Source: an uncultured Verrucomicrobiae bacterium
Lineage (GTDB): Bacteria > Verrucomicrobiota > Verrucomicrobiia > Limisphaerales > Palsa-1400
Reading direction: 5' to 3'
NCBI GenBank assembly: GCA_963764165.1
Contig: CAVXRD010000001.1
Span: 352,001-416,000 of the forward strand
DNA length: 64,000 bases
The notes beneath the pieces are model-generated. The model made no database searches and was not told the DNA's origin. It was given only the letters and a program-made list of their open reading frames with translations. This document shows, one piece after another, positions 52,920 to 63,300 of the stretch; position 1 is the first letter of the stretch; every line of letters starts with the position of its first letter. The position numbers were made by a program, and so were the translations under genes.

Positions 52920-53591
52920 ATGCCCATACGAATCAACCTATTGGCTGAGGACCAAGCCGCTGAAGAGATGCGGCGCAAGAATCCGGTCAAGCTTGGCATT
53001 TGGATTGGGAGTTTCATGGTCTTTATCATGTTGCTTTGGATTTTCAAACTCCACATCGACATCCATTTCAGCCAGCAGAGCTACAAACTTTACGATGACA
53101 GTTGGAAAGCCGCAGCCGCCAAGTATGGCAGCGTCACGAATAACAATGCGAAAATCAGCGACGCGGACATCAGGCTCAACGCCCTGGACCGGCTTGCCAC
53201 CAATCGCTTTTATTGGGCATCCGTGCTGAACGCGCTTCAGCAGACGATGATCAAGGACATCCAGATCACCAGGATTACCGGTGTCCAAAAGTACACGAAG
53301 GAAGACCCTCGGACCATCGGCTCAGGACCGACCGCAAAAAAGATTCCGGGCAGCATGACGGAGGCGGTGAGCATTTATATCGATGGAAAGGATTACAATC
53401 CCGCCGCCCAGAATTACGACAAATTCAAGGAAACGCTTTGCAATTACGGCTTCTTCGTAAAAGGCCTCGGCCGCCGCGATGGATTCGTGCTGGAGACCGT
53501 AAGCTCACCGAGCGCCGACGCGTCAGACCCCAGCCGGCAATACGCCGTCTTCAAGTTGGTCAGCCGCTATCCTGAGGTGCGCCGTGAATAA
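52920..53591 (+). CDS. PilN-like alignment protein
   Basis: N-terminal RINLL motif, TM, coiled coil, W..VL..L. Confidence 0.7.
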   Translation: MPIRINLLAEDQAAEEMRRKNPVKLGIWIGSFMVFIMLLWIFKLHIDIHFSQQSYKLYDDSWKAAAAKYGSVTNNNAKISDADIRLNALDRLATNRFYWASVLNALQQTMIKDIQITRITGVQKYTKEDPRTIGSGPTAKKIPGSMTEAVSIYIDGKDYNPAAQNYDKFKETLCNYGFFVKGLGRRDGFVLETVSSPSADASDPSRQYAVFKLVSRYPEVRRE

Positions 53592-54168
53592 GCTGACCAA
53601 GGCGCAAAAGGACCAGCTGATCGGTGTCGTCATGGGAACGCTCGCGCTCGTCGGCCTGTTGTGGTATTTCGGAGTTGCTGCCGCGCAGGATGATCTGTCA
53701 AAAACCGAGCGGAACACTGCCCAAATGAAAGACACGCTGGACAAGGCCGAACGGCAAATCCGCATGGGGCCGGAAGTGGCGGAGGAATTGACCGCCCGGA
53801 CAAATCTGCTGGCCAAGAAAGAACTGCTCCTGGCGCCAGATCGCGATGCCTACGCCTGGATCATTGGCACGATGAATGAATTTCTCAAAAACCGGAAGGG
53901 CGTTAATCTCTCCAGTTATTCGAAGCCGGACGTCAGCGATTATGGCGTGATCCCAAACTTTCCTTACAAATGGGCGACGTTTCACCTGGGCGGGTCGGGT
54001 TACTATCAAGAACTGGGAAAATTCTTCGCCGACCTTGAGAATGGTTTTCCGGCGTTCAAAGTGGAAAACGTGGAAATCAGCGCCAACACCGTCGTCGGCG
54101 GGGAGGCTGAGAGGCTGAGCGTCCGCTTTGACCTTGTCGTGCCCATTAAACCGCCGGACACCAAGTGA
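53584..54168 (+). CDS. PilO-like protein
   Basis: TM, coiled coil, G.YQELGKFFADLEN. Confidence 0.72.
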   Translation: MNKLTKAQKDQLIGVVMGTLALVGLLWYFGVAAAQDDLSKTERNTAQMKDTLDKAERQIRMGPEVAEELTARTNLLAKKELLLAPDRDAYAWIIGTMNEFLKNRKGVNLSSYSKPDVSDYGVIPNFPYKWATFHLGGSGYYQELGKFFADLENGFPAFKVENVEISANTVVGGEAERLSVRFDLVVPIKPPDTK

Positions 54169-54674
54169 ACACGCGCGTTTTATTTTCCAGAGGTGTCCAG
54201 GCGGCTGCGGCTGGCGGATTGACTCTTTTGCTGTTCACGGCCTGCAAACCGGACGTAAAGCCCAGCGGGCCAGCCAAACCGCCGGCTTCAAAAACCAATG
54301 CCGTTGCCGCCACCAACATTGTGGCCACCAACCAATATGTCTCGGTGTTTCAGGATCTTTTGCCTCCCAAGGGACTCGACCCATTCTTTCCCGATTCGCA
54401 CCGGCGCGACCCCGCGGCCCCGGCAGCGGCGACGGCGGAAAAGCCACCACCCACGGCAAACATCTTGCTTAAGGGCGTGGTGGGGGCGGCGGCGCACCGG
54501 CTGGCCGTCATCGGCGGCGGTTTTAACAATTCGATTTTGGAAGCGGGCGAATCCGGCTCCGTGCGCGTCGCGGATGGGCAGATCCGTGTCAAATGCATCG
54601 AGGTCGGCGAGGATTATGCGCTCGTCCAAATCCAAGGCGAGAGCCAGACGAGAAAACTCCCGCTGAAGAAATGA
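54165..54674 (+). CDS. PilP/GspC-like lipoprotein
   Basis: Lipobox FTAC, DPF motif, LKGVVG...LAVI beta domain. Confidence 0.62.
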   Translation: MNTRVLFSRGVQAAAAGGLTLLLFTACKPDVKPSGPAKPPASKTNAVAATNIVATNQYVSVFQDLLPPKGLDPFFPDSHRRDPAAPAAATAEKPPPTANILLKGVVGAAAHRLAVIGGGFNNSILEAGESGSVRVADGQIRVKCIEVGEDYALVQIQGESQTRKLPLKK

Positions 54675-54730
54675 TACTTAATTTTAATGATCCGTGATCC
54701 GCGTCAACCAATGCTGAGATTGTCAATGAT

Positions 54731-56536
54731 ATGAAAATCCAAAAAATCTTCGCGGTCATTCTGGCGGTGTCTGTCATTCAATTGGCGGCGCCAGCCCAAA
54801 TCCCGAACCCGGGCCAGCCTCCAGTGCCGGAGCAGCCGATGAGTCCAAATGGCCCGCAGCCAAACTCCACGAACGCTCCCGCGCCGGAACCCCTGCCAAC
54901 GCCACTTCCCGATGGGCGCACCGTGTCCTATAGCCGCCTTGTCGGCCCGGATCCCAACGTTTCCAATAACGTGCCGATATACGAGGATGTCGCCACGGAC
55001 GTAAATCTGCCGGACGTGGAACTGCCGGATGCCATTCGCTCGATGGCGCAGCAAGCCCATTTGAATATTGATTTTGACCCGACCCTTCTGACGGCGCCCG
55101 ACGGGCACCCGATTCCTCCGCCGCATGTGACCGCGAAGTGGAAGGATTTGACCGCGATGCAGGCACTCCAGGCTTTGCTGGACAACAACGGCTGGCAGAT
55201 GAATTGGAATCCGCGCACCAAGGTCGCCCGCATCACGAAGCGCGACGCCGCCGCAAAGGAACCCATGATCATTAACGTCGTTCCTCTCTCTTACGGCAGC
55301 CCGACCAACATCCTCAAGGAAGTCGAGTCGACACTTTCCTCTGGAAGCTCGATCGTGGCCGACATGCGCACCCACCAGCTCATCATCCGCACGACAGAAA
55401 AGGAATTGGACGGCATCACGGCGTTGATCAAGAAACTCGACACTCCGACCCGCGAAGTGCTGGTGGAAGCGCGCATTATTCAAACCAGCAAAGACATCAC
55501 TTCAGCCAAGGGCGTTGACTGGACTGGCACCCTTGCGTCGCAACATGTGAGCTTCGGAAACGGCCTGACGCAGGGAACATCGGTCAGCGCCGGGCAGTCC
55601 ACAACAGGCGCGGGAACTGTGATACCAGAGACGAGCACAGTTTCCCCGAGCGGCTCACCCATCACTTCCACCGGCACCACCACCTCGCCGCTGGGCAATG
55701 TCTCCAGCAATGTCACCAGCTTTACCTCCACGATTCTCGGCTCGCCGTCGCAAGGCGGCGGTTTTTCCATGAACACGGCGCGTGGATTCAGCCCCGCAAC
55801 GGCGTTCCTGAACGCGGACGGTGTCCAGGCGGTTCTCTCCTTCCTGAACACGGATAGCGATACAAAAACCATCGCTTTCCCCCGCACCGTCGCGCTGGAT
55901 GGCGTGCCGACGGAATTGGCCGTTGTGCAAAACATTCCAGTTTTCATCCAGCAGCAAAGCGCGCCCGCCGGCGGTTCCGCCTCGGGACTGGCCACCATTG
56001 CGCCGAGGTACGATCTCATGGTGCAGGGGACGATCCTCAACGAAGTGGGTGTCAAACTGAAAGTCATCCCGCGCATCGCGGGCCCGACGAACGTGCTGCT
56101 GGATCTCTCCCCGGAACTCTCGGAGCAGGATGGCACAGTGACAGAGACACTGAACGGCCAGCCCAACCAGGCGCCCATCTTCCAGCGCAGCCGCATTACC
56201 ACACAGGCGTCCGTCCCCAGCGGCTACACGCTGGTTCTCGGCGGCATGGACGAGGATACGGTAAACAAGGTGCAGACCAAGGTGCCGTTCTTTGGCGACA
56301 TCCCGATTTTTGGAAACCTCTTCCGCAGCAACAGCAAGGGCCACACAGCCCAAAACACACTCATTTTCGTGACGCCGACCATTGTGACCGATTCCGATTA
56401 TCAACGTTCTTACAGCCAGTTCCTGCAGCGCCGTCCGGAGTCGGCGGCCAGTTTCAAGGAATCAGCGTGGGACTCGGCCCAGCCGTATGACTGGACCAAA
56501 CCGAAACCAAAAGTGGCGCCTGATTATCAGCCGTAA
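54731..56536 (+). CDS. Secretin (PilQ/GspD family)
   Basis: LD.P..EVLVEARI, VGVKLKVIPRI, KVPFFGDIPIFGNLFRS, LIFVTPTIV. Confidence 0.92.
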   Translation: MKIQKIFAVILAVSVIQLAAPAQIPNPGQPPVPEQPMSPNGPQPNSTNAPAPEPLPTPLPDGRTVSYSRLVGPDPNVSNNVPIYEDVATDVNLPDVELPDAIRSMAQQAHLNIDFDPTLLTAPDGHPIPPPHVTAKWKDLTAMQALQALLDNNGWQMNWNPRTKVARITKRDAAAKEPMIINVVPLSYGSPTNILKEVESTLSSGSSIVADMRTHQLIIRTTEKELDGITALIKKLDTPTREVLVEARIIQTSKDITSAKGVDWTGTLASQHVSFGNGLTQGTSVSAGQSTTGAGTVIPETSTVSPSGSPITSTGTTTSPLGNVSSNVTSFTSTILGSPSQGGGFSMNTARGFSPATAFLNADGVQAVLSFLNTDSDTKTIAFPRTVALDGVPTELAVVQNIPVFIQQQSAPAGGSASGLATIAPRYDLMVQGTILNEVGVKLKVIPRIAGPTNVLLDLSPELSEQDGTVTETLNGQPNQAPIFQRSRITTQASVPSGYTLVLGGMDEDTVNKVQTKVPFFGDIPIFGNLFRSNSKGHTAQNTLIFVTPTIVTDSDYQRSYSQFLQRRPESAASFKESAWDSAQPYDWTKPKPKVAPDYQP

Positions 56537-56554
56537 ACACCCTTTGCCTGCCCT

Positions 56555-59500
56555 ATGAGTTTAATTGCAAAAAAGAAATTGGGGCGCGATGGATCGCAAC
56601 GCTGGGCTGGCCTGGCCCTGGCGTGGCTGCTCGCGCTATCCGCTGGCCCTGCCGCCCGGGCGCAAGTGACGGTGGACACGATCGGCGGCGGTGTCCGTGT
56701 CGAGTGCGGCTCTTCCTCTGGCTTCGCGGGTGGGAACACCTGGTCGGCCGCGCAATTCAACGATCCCGTTTCGTGCGCCCTTGACACCAACGGCAACCTT
56801 TGGATTGCGGACCACAACAATTCCGATATCGAGGAAATCACCCAGGCTGGCAATAAATCGAGCAGCGTCACTTACCAAATCAAGGTCAACTCGAATTCCC
56901 ACTGGTTTACCAATGTCGTTTCCGTGGCAATCGACCCGGCGGATAATTTGTATGCGATGCTGCCGTCGCCGCCGACGGTTGTGAAAGTAACCCTGGCCAC
57001 TGCCCCCTCCTCGTTGAATATTCTCGGTTACCTGAAATTCTCCAACATCCCGTCAGGCACCGTTGCTTCAGCCATGACAGTGGACGGAAGCTCGAACGTC
57101 TTCATCGCCTTTACCAACGGGGTGATCGTCAAGTTCCAGATGCTGGACAATTCCCACCCGCCCACCACCAATATTGTCAGCTACGGCGGAGGCCTCTCGC
57201 CCGCCCTGCATTTCATTGTCAGCAACGGATTCGCATGGAATCCGGCCGGGCTGGCCCTCATGGCCGACGGGAAGCTTGCGGTCAGCGACAAGGAAAACAA
57301 CGCCATCTGGGTTGTTTCAACAAATGACTACACCGCAAATCCGGGTCCTCAATTGCTGGTGGGCGCAAACGGGGCGGGGTTCGACGATGGCAGTCCGGCT
57401 TTCGCCAAATTGGACCAGCCGAGCGGCCTTGCGGCAACTGCGGATGGCAGCTTGATTGTTTGCGACACGCAGAATAACCGCGTCCGCCTTATTGACAACC
57501 AGGCAAACACTACGACTCTTTATGGCACGCCGAGCAGTGAGTGGCCCGCGACATGTTGCACCTGCGACCCGACGCTTTACGCGGGCTGGGTTGACGGAGT
57601 TTCCGGCATCACGCCCACCAATGCAACCGGGCGGGCGCCTGTGAGCTGCGCGATTGGGACCAATGGCCAGCTTTTTGTCACCGAAAGTTATTACAGTCTC
57701 ATCCGTGAAGTAATCGGCACGACCTTTGCGCAAGTCAACTTGAGAGCATCGCTGCCCATCGCTTCAACACTGCCCGCTTCGGGCGTCTCTTCCACCAACG
57801 CAACTTTGATTGGGACAGTGAATCCAGGCGATGAGCCCACATATTATTTTTTCGAGTGGGGCACCAATGCCAGCTACGGGAGTTACACGGCCACCAATCT
57901 CATCTCCACGAGCCTCATGGCGAGCCAGACGGTGGGAATCGTAATCACGCAATTGTCGCCCGGCACAATTTACCATTTTCAGTTGGTCGCTTCCAACGGC
58001 CTGGGCTTCAGCTACGGCGGCGATCAAACGTTTGTCACACCGGCCGAGCCCGCCATCGTTTCGACTTTGCCAGCGTCAAGCGTCACTTCATCGACGGCGG
58101 TGTTAAACGCTTCGGTGAACCCGGAGTATTCCGTGACATCCGTTTATTTTCAGTGGGGAACGACGACCAACTTCGGCTTCACGTCCACTCCCATTACGCT
58201 GGCGTCGAACCTGGGGTCGTTTGAAGTGGTATCGCAAGCGATTGGAAATCTGCAGACCGGCACGATCTATTATTTCCAGGCCACCGCGTTTAACAGCGGC
58301 GGAACGACAGCCGGCAATATTCAAATTTTCAGCACGCCCTACGTCCCGCCGCCTACAGTGACTGTTTCGCCGAGCAACGGATATTATCCGAATTGTGTTA
58401 CGGTCACGGTCACGAGCACATCATCAAATGTCTATTACACAACGACCGGCGTGACCCCAACGACCAACAGCACGCAAGTGCCGGTGACGTTCAACGGATC
58501 GAACTATGTGGGCTTCATCGACTGGTGCAATTCGCAGGCGAATTTGAGCCAGTTGCAAATCCTGTCCGGCGCGGGCACAAATACAACGCTTGTTCAAGGA
58601 TCGCTTGGGAGCGCCAACCAGATCGGATTTCCGCAAGCCCTTTTCGCCGGGCCGGGGGAGCATCTGTATGTCCCGGTGGTGGCAGACCTTGTCTCGAACG
58701 CCACTCTTGAATCGCTTCAATTTCGCGCCGAGATAACTCCAACATTGCCGAACACCAACAAAGTTGCCTCGATCACGCTCCAGCCGCTCACAGACAATGA
58801 CCTCGTGCTGCTTCCCGGGCCCGCCCCGCTCGATGCGCCGGTATCCTTCACGACATATTCCTATTCGACAGCGACGAACGGATCCGGACTCGTTGTGACC
58901 GCCCCGGGCGGGAGTTCTGGATTGGATATGGCCGGGGCGGGTGTCGTCGTCATGCTGCATTTCCAGGTTCCCACGAACGCAACGGCGGGCGAGGTTTTTT
59001 CGCTCAATATTTTGGATGTATCAGGCACCTCCGACGGCCAGCAAACAGCCATCGCGATTTCGCCATTGCCAATTCAGACGCTGACGATCACAGATCCGCC
59101 ATACCTGGTCGGCGACTCTTCCCCCAGTTTGGGCTATAACGCGGGCCAATTCGGCAACGGTTCTCTCGACAACTCCGACGTCAACAATGCGATTTATGCC
59201 TCGGCCGGAATCCGCGTTCCGCCGACAGACAGTGATATTTTTGGAGCCATGGATGCATGGCCGCCGGATTCTGGCGGCGTCGGTGGCGACGGCCTCATCC
59301 GCCTGCTCGATTGGGAAACCATTCTTGCCCGCTCACTTGGTGGAATTCCGCTTTATCCCGGTTTGGACACGAATAACTACATCCGGTTTTGGACGAACGG
59401 CGATACCGGCAATCCGTCCCATCAAGTCGTCGATTGGTATCCGGGCGGACCGCCGGTTTCTTTAATAGCCTCGCGCGGGCTGCGCGGGCCGGGCCCGAAA

Positions 59501-60358
59501 GACTTTGATCTTTCCTCGTCACCGCCGGGTCTCGAATGGTTCTGCCAGGCGTCCGTTGGCGCGGGAAGCGTCACGAACGCCCAGCCCGGAAGCACGTATT
59601 CGCTTCCTGTTTACGCCAACGTTCTCGCCGGCTACGATCTGGCCGCGCTGCAATTCCGCGCCACTCTCACCGGCAGCCCCGGCGCCCCGGCGGTTTCGTC
59701 CATTGCATTCACGCCCGCGTCCGAAATTCCGTATCCCGACATTCTGCCCGGCTTGAATGGGGCGGATAAGGTGATTGCGTGGGGTTTCGGATCGTTTGCC
59801 TCGCCTCTTATCGGGAGCAATTACCTCGGCACGATCTCCTTCCAGGTTCCCGCCAGCGCAAGCCGGGGAGAGTCTTACGCCCTTCATTTCTCCGGCGTCG
59901 ACGGCGCACCCGGCAACGTGGAATACGAATTGGAGAGTTTCCCCGGCTCGCTGTGGGTCATGTCGGCGGATGCGGCTCCGGCGTCCATCACTTCTGACGA
60001 ATGGAAGATTTACTTTTTCGGCAGCTACTCCAACAGCCTGGCGGCGGATAATGTCGATGCCGACAGCGACGGCGCGTTGAACTGGCAGGAGTACGTGGCC
60101 GGCACGAATCCCACCAATGCCGCGTCGCGTCTCCAATTTAACGGCATCGCCAGGCTGACCAATGCGCCGAACACCACGGCGATCAACTGGTTGACGGCGC
60201 CGGGCAAAACATATATACTGCAATCCAGCCCCAGCCTGACCGGCAGTGGTTGGACTCCTGTCAACACCAACACCGGCGATGGCAACTTTTACCAGTGTGT
60301 CATCACCAATTTGAGCGGCAACACCCACTTCTATCAACTCCGTCTTAGCAATGAGTAA
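56555..60358 (+). CDS. Large secreted multidomain protein: NHL propeller, FN3-like repeats, cohesin-like / dockerin-like / cohesin-like modules, C-terminal DGxxNWQEY module
   Basis: Signal peptide; NHL repeats (FNDP..., LDQPSGLA...DTQNNRVR); two FN3-like units (LSPGTIYHFQLVASN); see findings for the cohesin and dockerin motifs. Confidence 0.8.
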   Translation: MSLIAKKKLGRDGSQRWAGLALAWLLALSAGPAARAQVTVDTIGGGVRVECGSSSGFAGGNTWSAAQFNDPVSCALDTNGNLWIADHNNSDIEEITQAGNKSSSVTYQIKVNSNSHWFTNVVSVAIDPADNLYAMLPSPPTVVKVTLATAPSSLNILGYLKFSNIPSGTVASAMTVDGSSNVFIAFTNGVIVKFQMLDNSHPPTTNIVSYGGGLSPALHFIVSNGFAWNPAGLALMADGKLAVSDKENNAIWVVSTNDYTANPGPQLLVGANGAGFDDGSPAFAKLDQPSGLAATADGSLIVCDTQNNRVRLIDNQANTTTLYGTPSSEWPATCCTCDPTLYAGWVDGVSGITPTNATGRAPVSCAIGTNGQLFVTESYYSLIREVIGTTFAQVNLRASLPIASTLPASGVSSTNATLIGTVNPGDEPTYYFFEWGTNASYGSYTATNLISTSLMASQTVGIVITQLSPGTIYHFQLVASNGLGFSYGGDQTFVTPAEPAIVSTLPASSVTSSTAVLNASVNPEYSVTSVYFQWGTTTNFGFTSTPITLASNLGSFEVVSQAIGNLQTGTIYYFQATAFNSGGTTAGNIQIFSTPYVPPPTVTVSPSNGYYPNCVTVTVTSTSSNVYYTTTGVTPTTNSTQVPVTFNGSNYVGFIDWCNSQANLSQLQILSGAGTNTTLVQGSLGSANQIGFPQALFAGPGEHLYVPVVADLVSNATLESLQFRAEITPTLPNTNKVASITLQPLTDNDLVLLPGPAPLDAPVSFTTYSYSTATNGSGLVVTAPGGSSGLDMAGAGVVVMLHFQVPTNATAGEVFSLNILDVSGTSDGQQTAIAISPLPIQTLTITDPPYLVGDSSPSLGYNAGQFGNGSLDNSDVNNAIYASAGIRVPPTDSDIFGAMDAWPPDSGGVGGDGLIRLLDWETILARSLGGIPLYPGLDTNNYIRFWTNGDTGNPSHQVVDWYPGGPPVSLIASRGLRGPGPKDFDLSSSPPGLEWFCQASVGAGSVTNAQPGSTYSLPVYANVLAGYDLAALQFRATLTGSPGAPAVSSIAFTPASEIPYPDILPGLNGADKVIAWGFGSFASPLIGSNYLGTISFQVPASASRGESYALHFSGVDGAPGNVEYELESFPGSLWVMSADAAPASITSDEWKIYFFGSYSNSLAADNVDADSDGALNWQEYVAGTNPTNAASRLQFNGIARLTNAPNTTAINWLTAPGKTYILQSSPSLTGSGWTPVNTNTGDGNFYQCVITNLSGNTHFYQLRLSNE

Positions 60359-63300
60359 TTCAGTTCCAAGTTTATCCGTTTCAGCCCGCGTCGCGATGGG
60401 GATTGTGGCCGCTGCGTTGTGCACAGGCACTGTCCGGGCGCAATATGTCGGCACGTTAGTCACCAACCTAAGCAGCCCGGCAGGCGTGGCGGTCGACTCG
60501 AGCAACAACGTCTATATTACCGAGCCCGGCAATTACACCGTTGCCGTGTATGTTCCGAACGCTGGCACGCTTACGACGCTGGCTGGCTCGCCGGGCAACT
60601 TTGGCGCCGATCCGGGAACTGGGCCGGCAGCGACCTTTTTCATTCCGCAGGGCATCGTGGTGGCTCGCGGCGGATTGGTGGTGGTTGACCAGGGAAGCCA
60701 GCTCATCCGTTTTGTCACTTACTCTGGGACTGTCTCAGACATCGCCGGCCAGGCATTTGTTTCGGGCTTTGCCAACGGCAACGGGACATCGGCCACCTTT
60801 AGTTATCCGACGGGAATTGCGGCTGACGCCGCGGGCGATCTTTACGTCGCCGATTCCCAGAACAATGCCATCCGCGAAATCGACCTCAATAACAACGTCA
60901 CTACGCTGGCCACCGGCGGTTACATTTTTGATCGTCCCAACGCCGTTGCCGTCGATCCCAACAACAACGTCTGGGTGGCCGATTCCGGCCATAACAACAT
61001 AGTCCTGATCAGCAACGGGGTGGCGAAGGTGATCGCGGGCAGCGTCAGCGCGGCGGCGGGAACCAATGACTCGCTCGTGGCATTGAACGCCCGCTTCCGG
61101 AATCCATCCGGCCTTTACTGGAATACGAACACAGGCGCCCTGATGATTTCGGACACTGGCAATGACACGGTTCGCAGCTTGATCGTTACAAATTACAATG
61201 GCGCCACCGGCTACGGCGTGGTCACGACGGCGGGTCTCGCCAGCGTGCCGGGCTTCCAGGACGGAGCGCTCACGGTGGCGGAGTTCAACCAACCGCTGGG
61301 CATCGCCCCGGATGTGACGGACTTCGGCGTCTACGTCGTTGACAGCGCCAATAATGCGGTGCGCGTGCTCCAGCCCACCAAGCCCGAGGCTCCGATCACC
61401 CCTCCTGTTTTTGGCTATGTGAGTTTTCCAGCCAACGCCGATCCCCCTGGCTCCTCGGTCTTCGTGGCTTCAAGTTCTGCAATCTTCAATAATTTGACGA
61501 ACATTACCATTGAAGCGCAACAGGGCACAGAAACATACCTTACCTACGGCCCGACAGGCAGCTCGATTCCGGCCCCCGGACCGGGAAGTCCCACTCCGGC
61601 CATTTATCCGGGCGACGGCAATATGCCTTCTGCCATCTCATCCATCATTTCACCGAACCCTGGCACGAACGATATCACCCTATATGCCATTAGCGTCCAA
61701 TCAGGCCGGCAGCCGAGCGCCATTTCCACCGCGCGATTCCAGTTTCTCACCGCCAACCCAAACATTATCGGCAACAACGCGGCCGACATCCAGCTCACCG
61801 ACATCACGTCCGGGGCGGCCCTTTACTACACCCTTGATGGATCAGTGCCGACGAATAACGGAACCAGCCTGGGACCGGTTAGCTCGGGCTCCATTCTATC
61901 GCTCACCATTACGAGCAATGTTGAATTGCAGGTGCGCGCGTTTACCCCGGGCCTGGCCACGAGTCAAATAGTCAGCAATCTGCTGTCCATTTCCAATGTC
62001 GCGGGCAATCAGATCTCATGGGGATTTGCCTCCGGGCTTGGCTCGTCGCATCTGATAACAGCGGAAAATCTGACATTCTCTGCGCCGATCACTTTCTCCC
62101 AAATTCCCACCTCACTTACGGTTTACTCGTTCCAGTTTGATGCGGTGCTGACGAACGCTCCAGGGTATGCAAATGCCGCGCCGCAGCTGGATCGAAGCAA
62201 TTTTATTACTTACCTCTTGCAACCTGATCCGACACCTCCGACCTTTGCATGGATTCCGCCGGGAATCGTTGATGTGGAAGGCGGCACGATAACCAGCGGA
62301 GTTTCCGCGACTCAGCCGTCCGCGTTGGAAATTGCCTGGGTGACACCCCCACCCGTCACTAACCTTTATACCAGCCAGAGTTTGTTGCAATACTCAGGGG
62401 TCGATGAAACATTGTTTGCGCTCGCCACCAATGGAGCCTTGGTAGGCGCATTGCAGTTTGTGATTCCCTCCAATGCCACTCCCGGCACACCATATTTGCT
62501 GCAGGAAGAGTTCCCCTCGGCCAGTTCGTTTATTCAGCCGGATTGCTGCGGCATGCCCATCGACGTTCTCGTTCAGGCAACGACCAACGGCGCGCTGACA
62601 GGAACATCTCCCAACGCCATGAAGCTGGTGACGGTGCTCACCAATAATTCCCCCGCCAGCGCCCATTTGGTTGGAGATGTGTTTCCGTATGGCTGGTACA
62701 ACATCGGTGATTTTGGCGATGGCGCGCTTTTGAACGATGACGTCATTCAAACGATGGAAGGGGCCATTAAATTTGGAAACACTCCGTATCCCGCCAATTT
62801 TCCGCTCTATGACGCGATGGATTCTTCGGATGGATCAATCAACACCTTTTACGGAGACCCCGATTCCGCCATTAACATCATCACCAATGGCGATGGCTAC
62901 ATCGATATCTCCGACGTTTACGTAACATTGCGGCGCTCGCTGGATCCGACCTTGACCAACTATATCCGCACATGGACTGGCTCGAACTGGTATGCGACGG
63001 TGTATACGAACACCGTGCAATTGGGCGCAAAGACTTCGCCGCACAAGCTGTTGACCGGCGGGCCGCGTTATGTGGCCATCGGGGCGGACCGCGTGAATAC
63101 CTATGGAAGCTTGGGCGCGGAGGTGCCGGTGCGCGTTTTGGCGGCGGATCCAGTTTATCCCATTCGCGTCATGCTGCTGAACGTGGAAATTCTGCCGCTG
63201 GATGGCTCCCCGGCTCTAACCACTGGCCTTTCGTTCTCGACCGGCACGAATCTTGGATCGGCCTACACAACACTCTCGAAAGCCATTAATAATTATGCGG

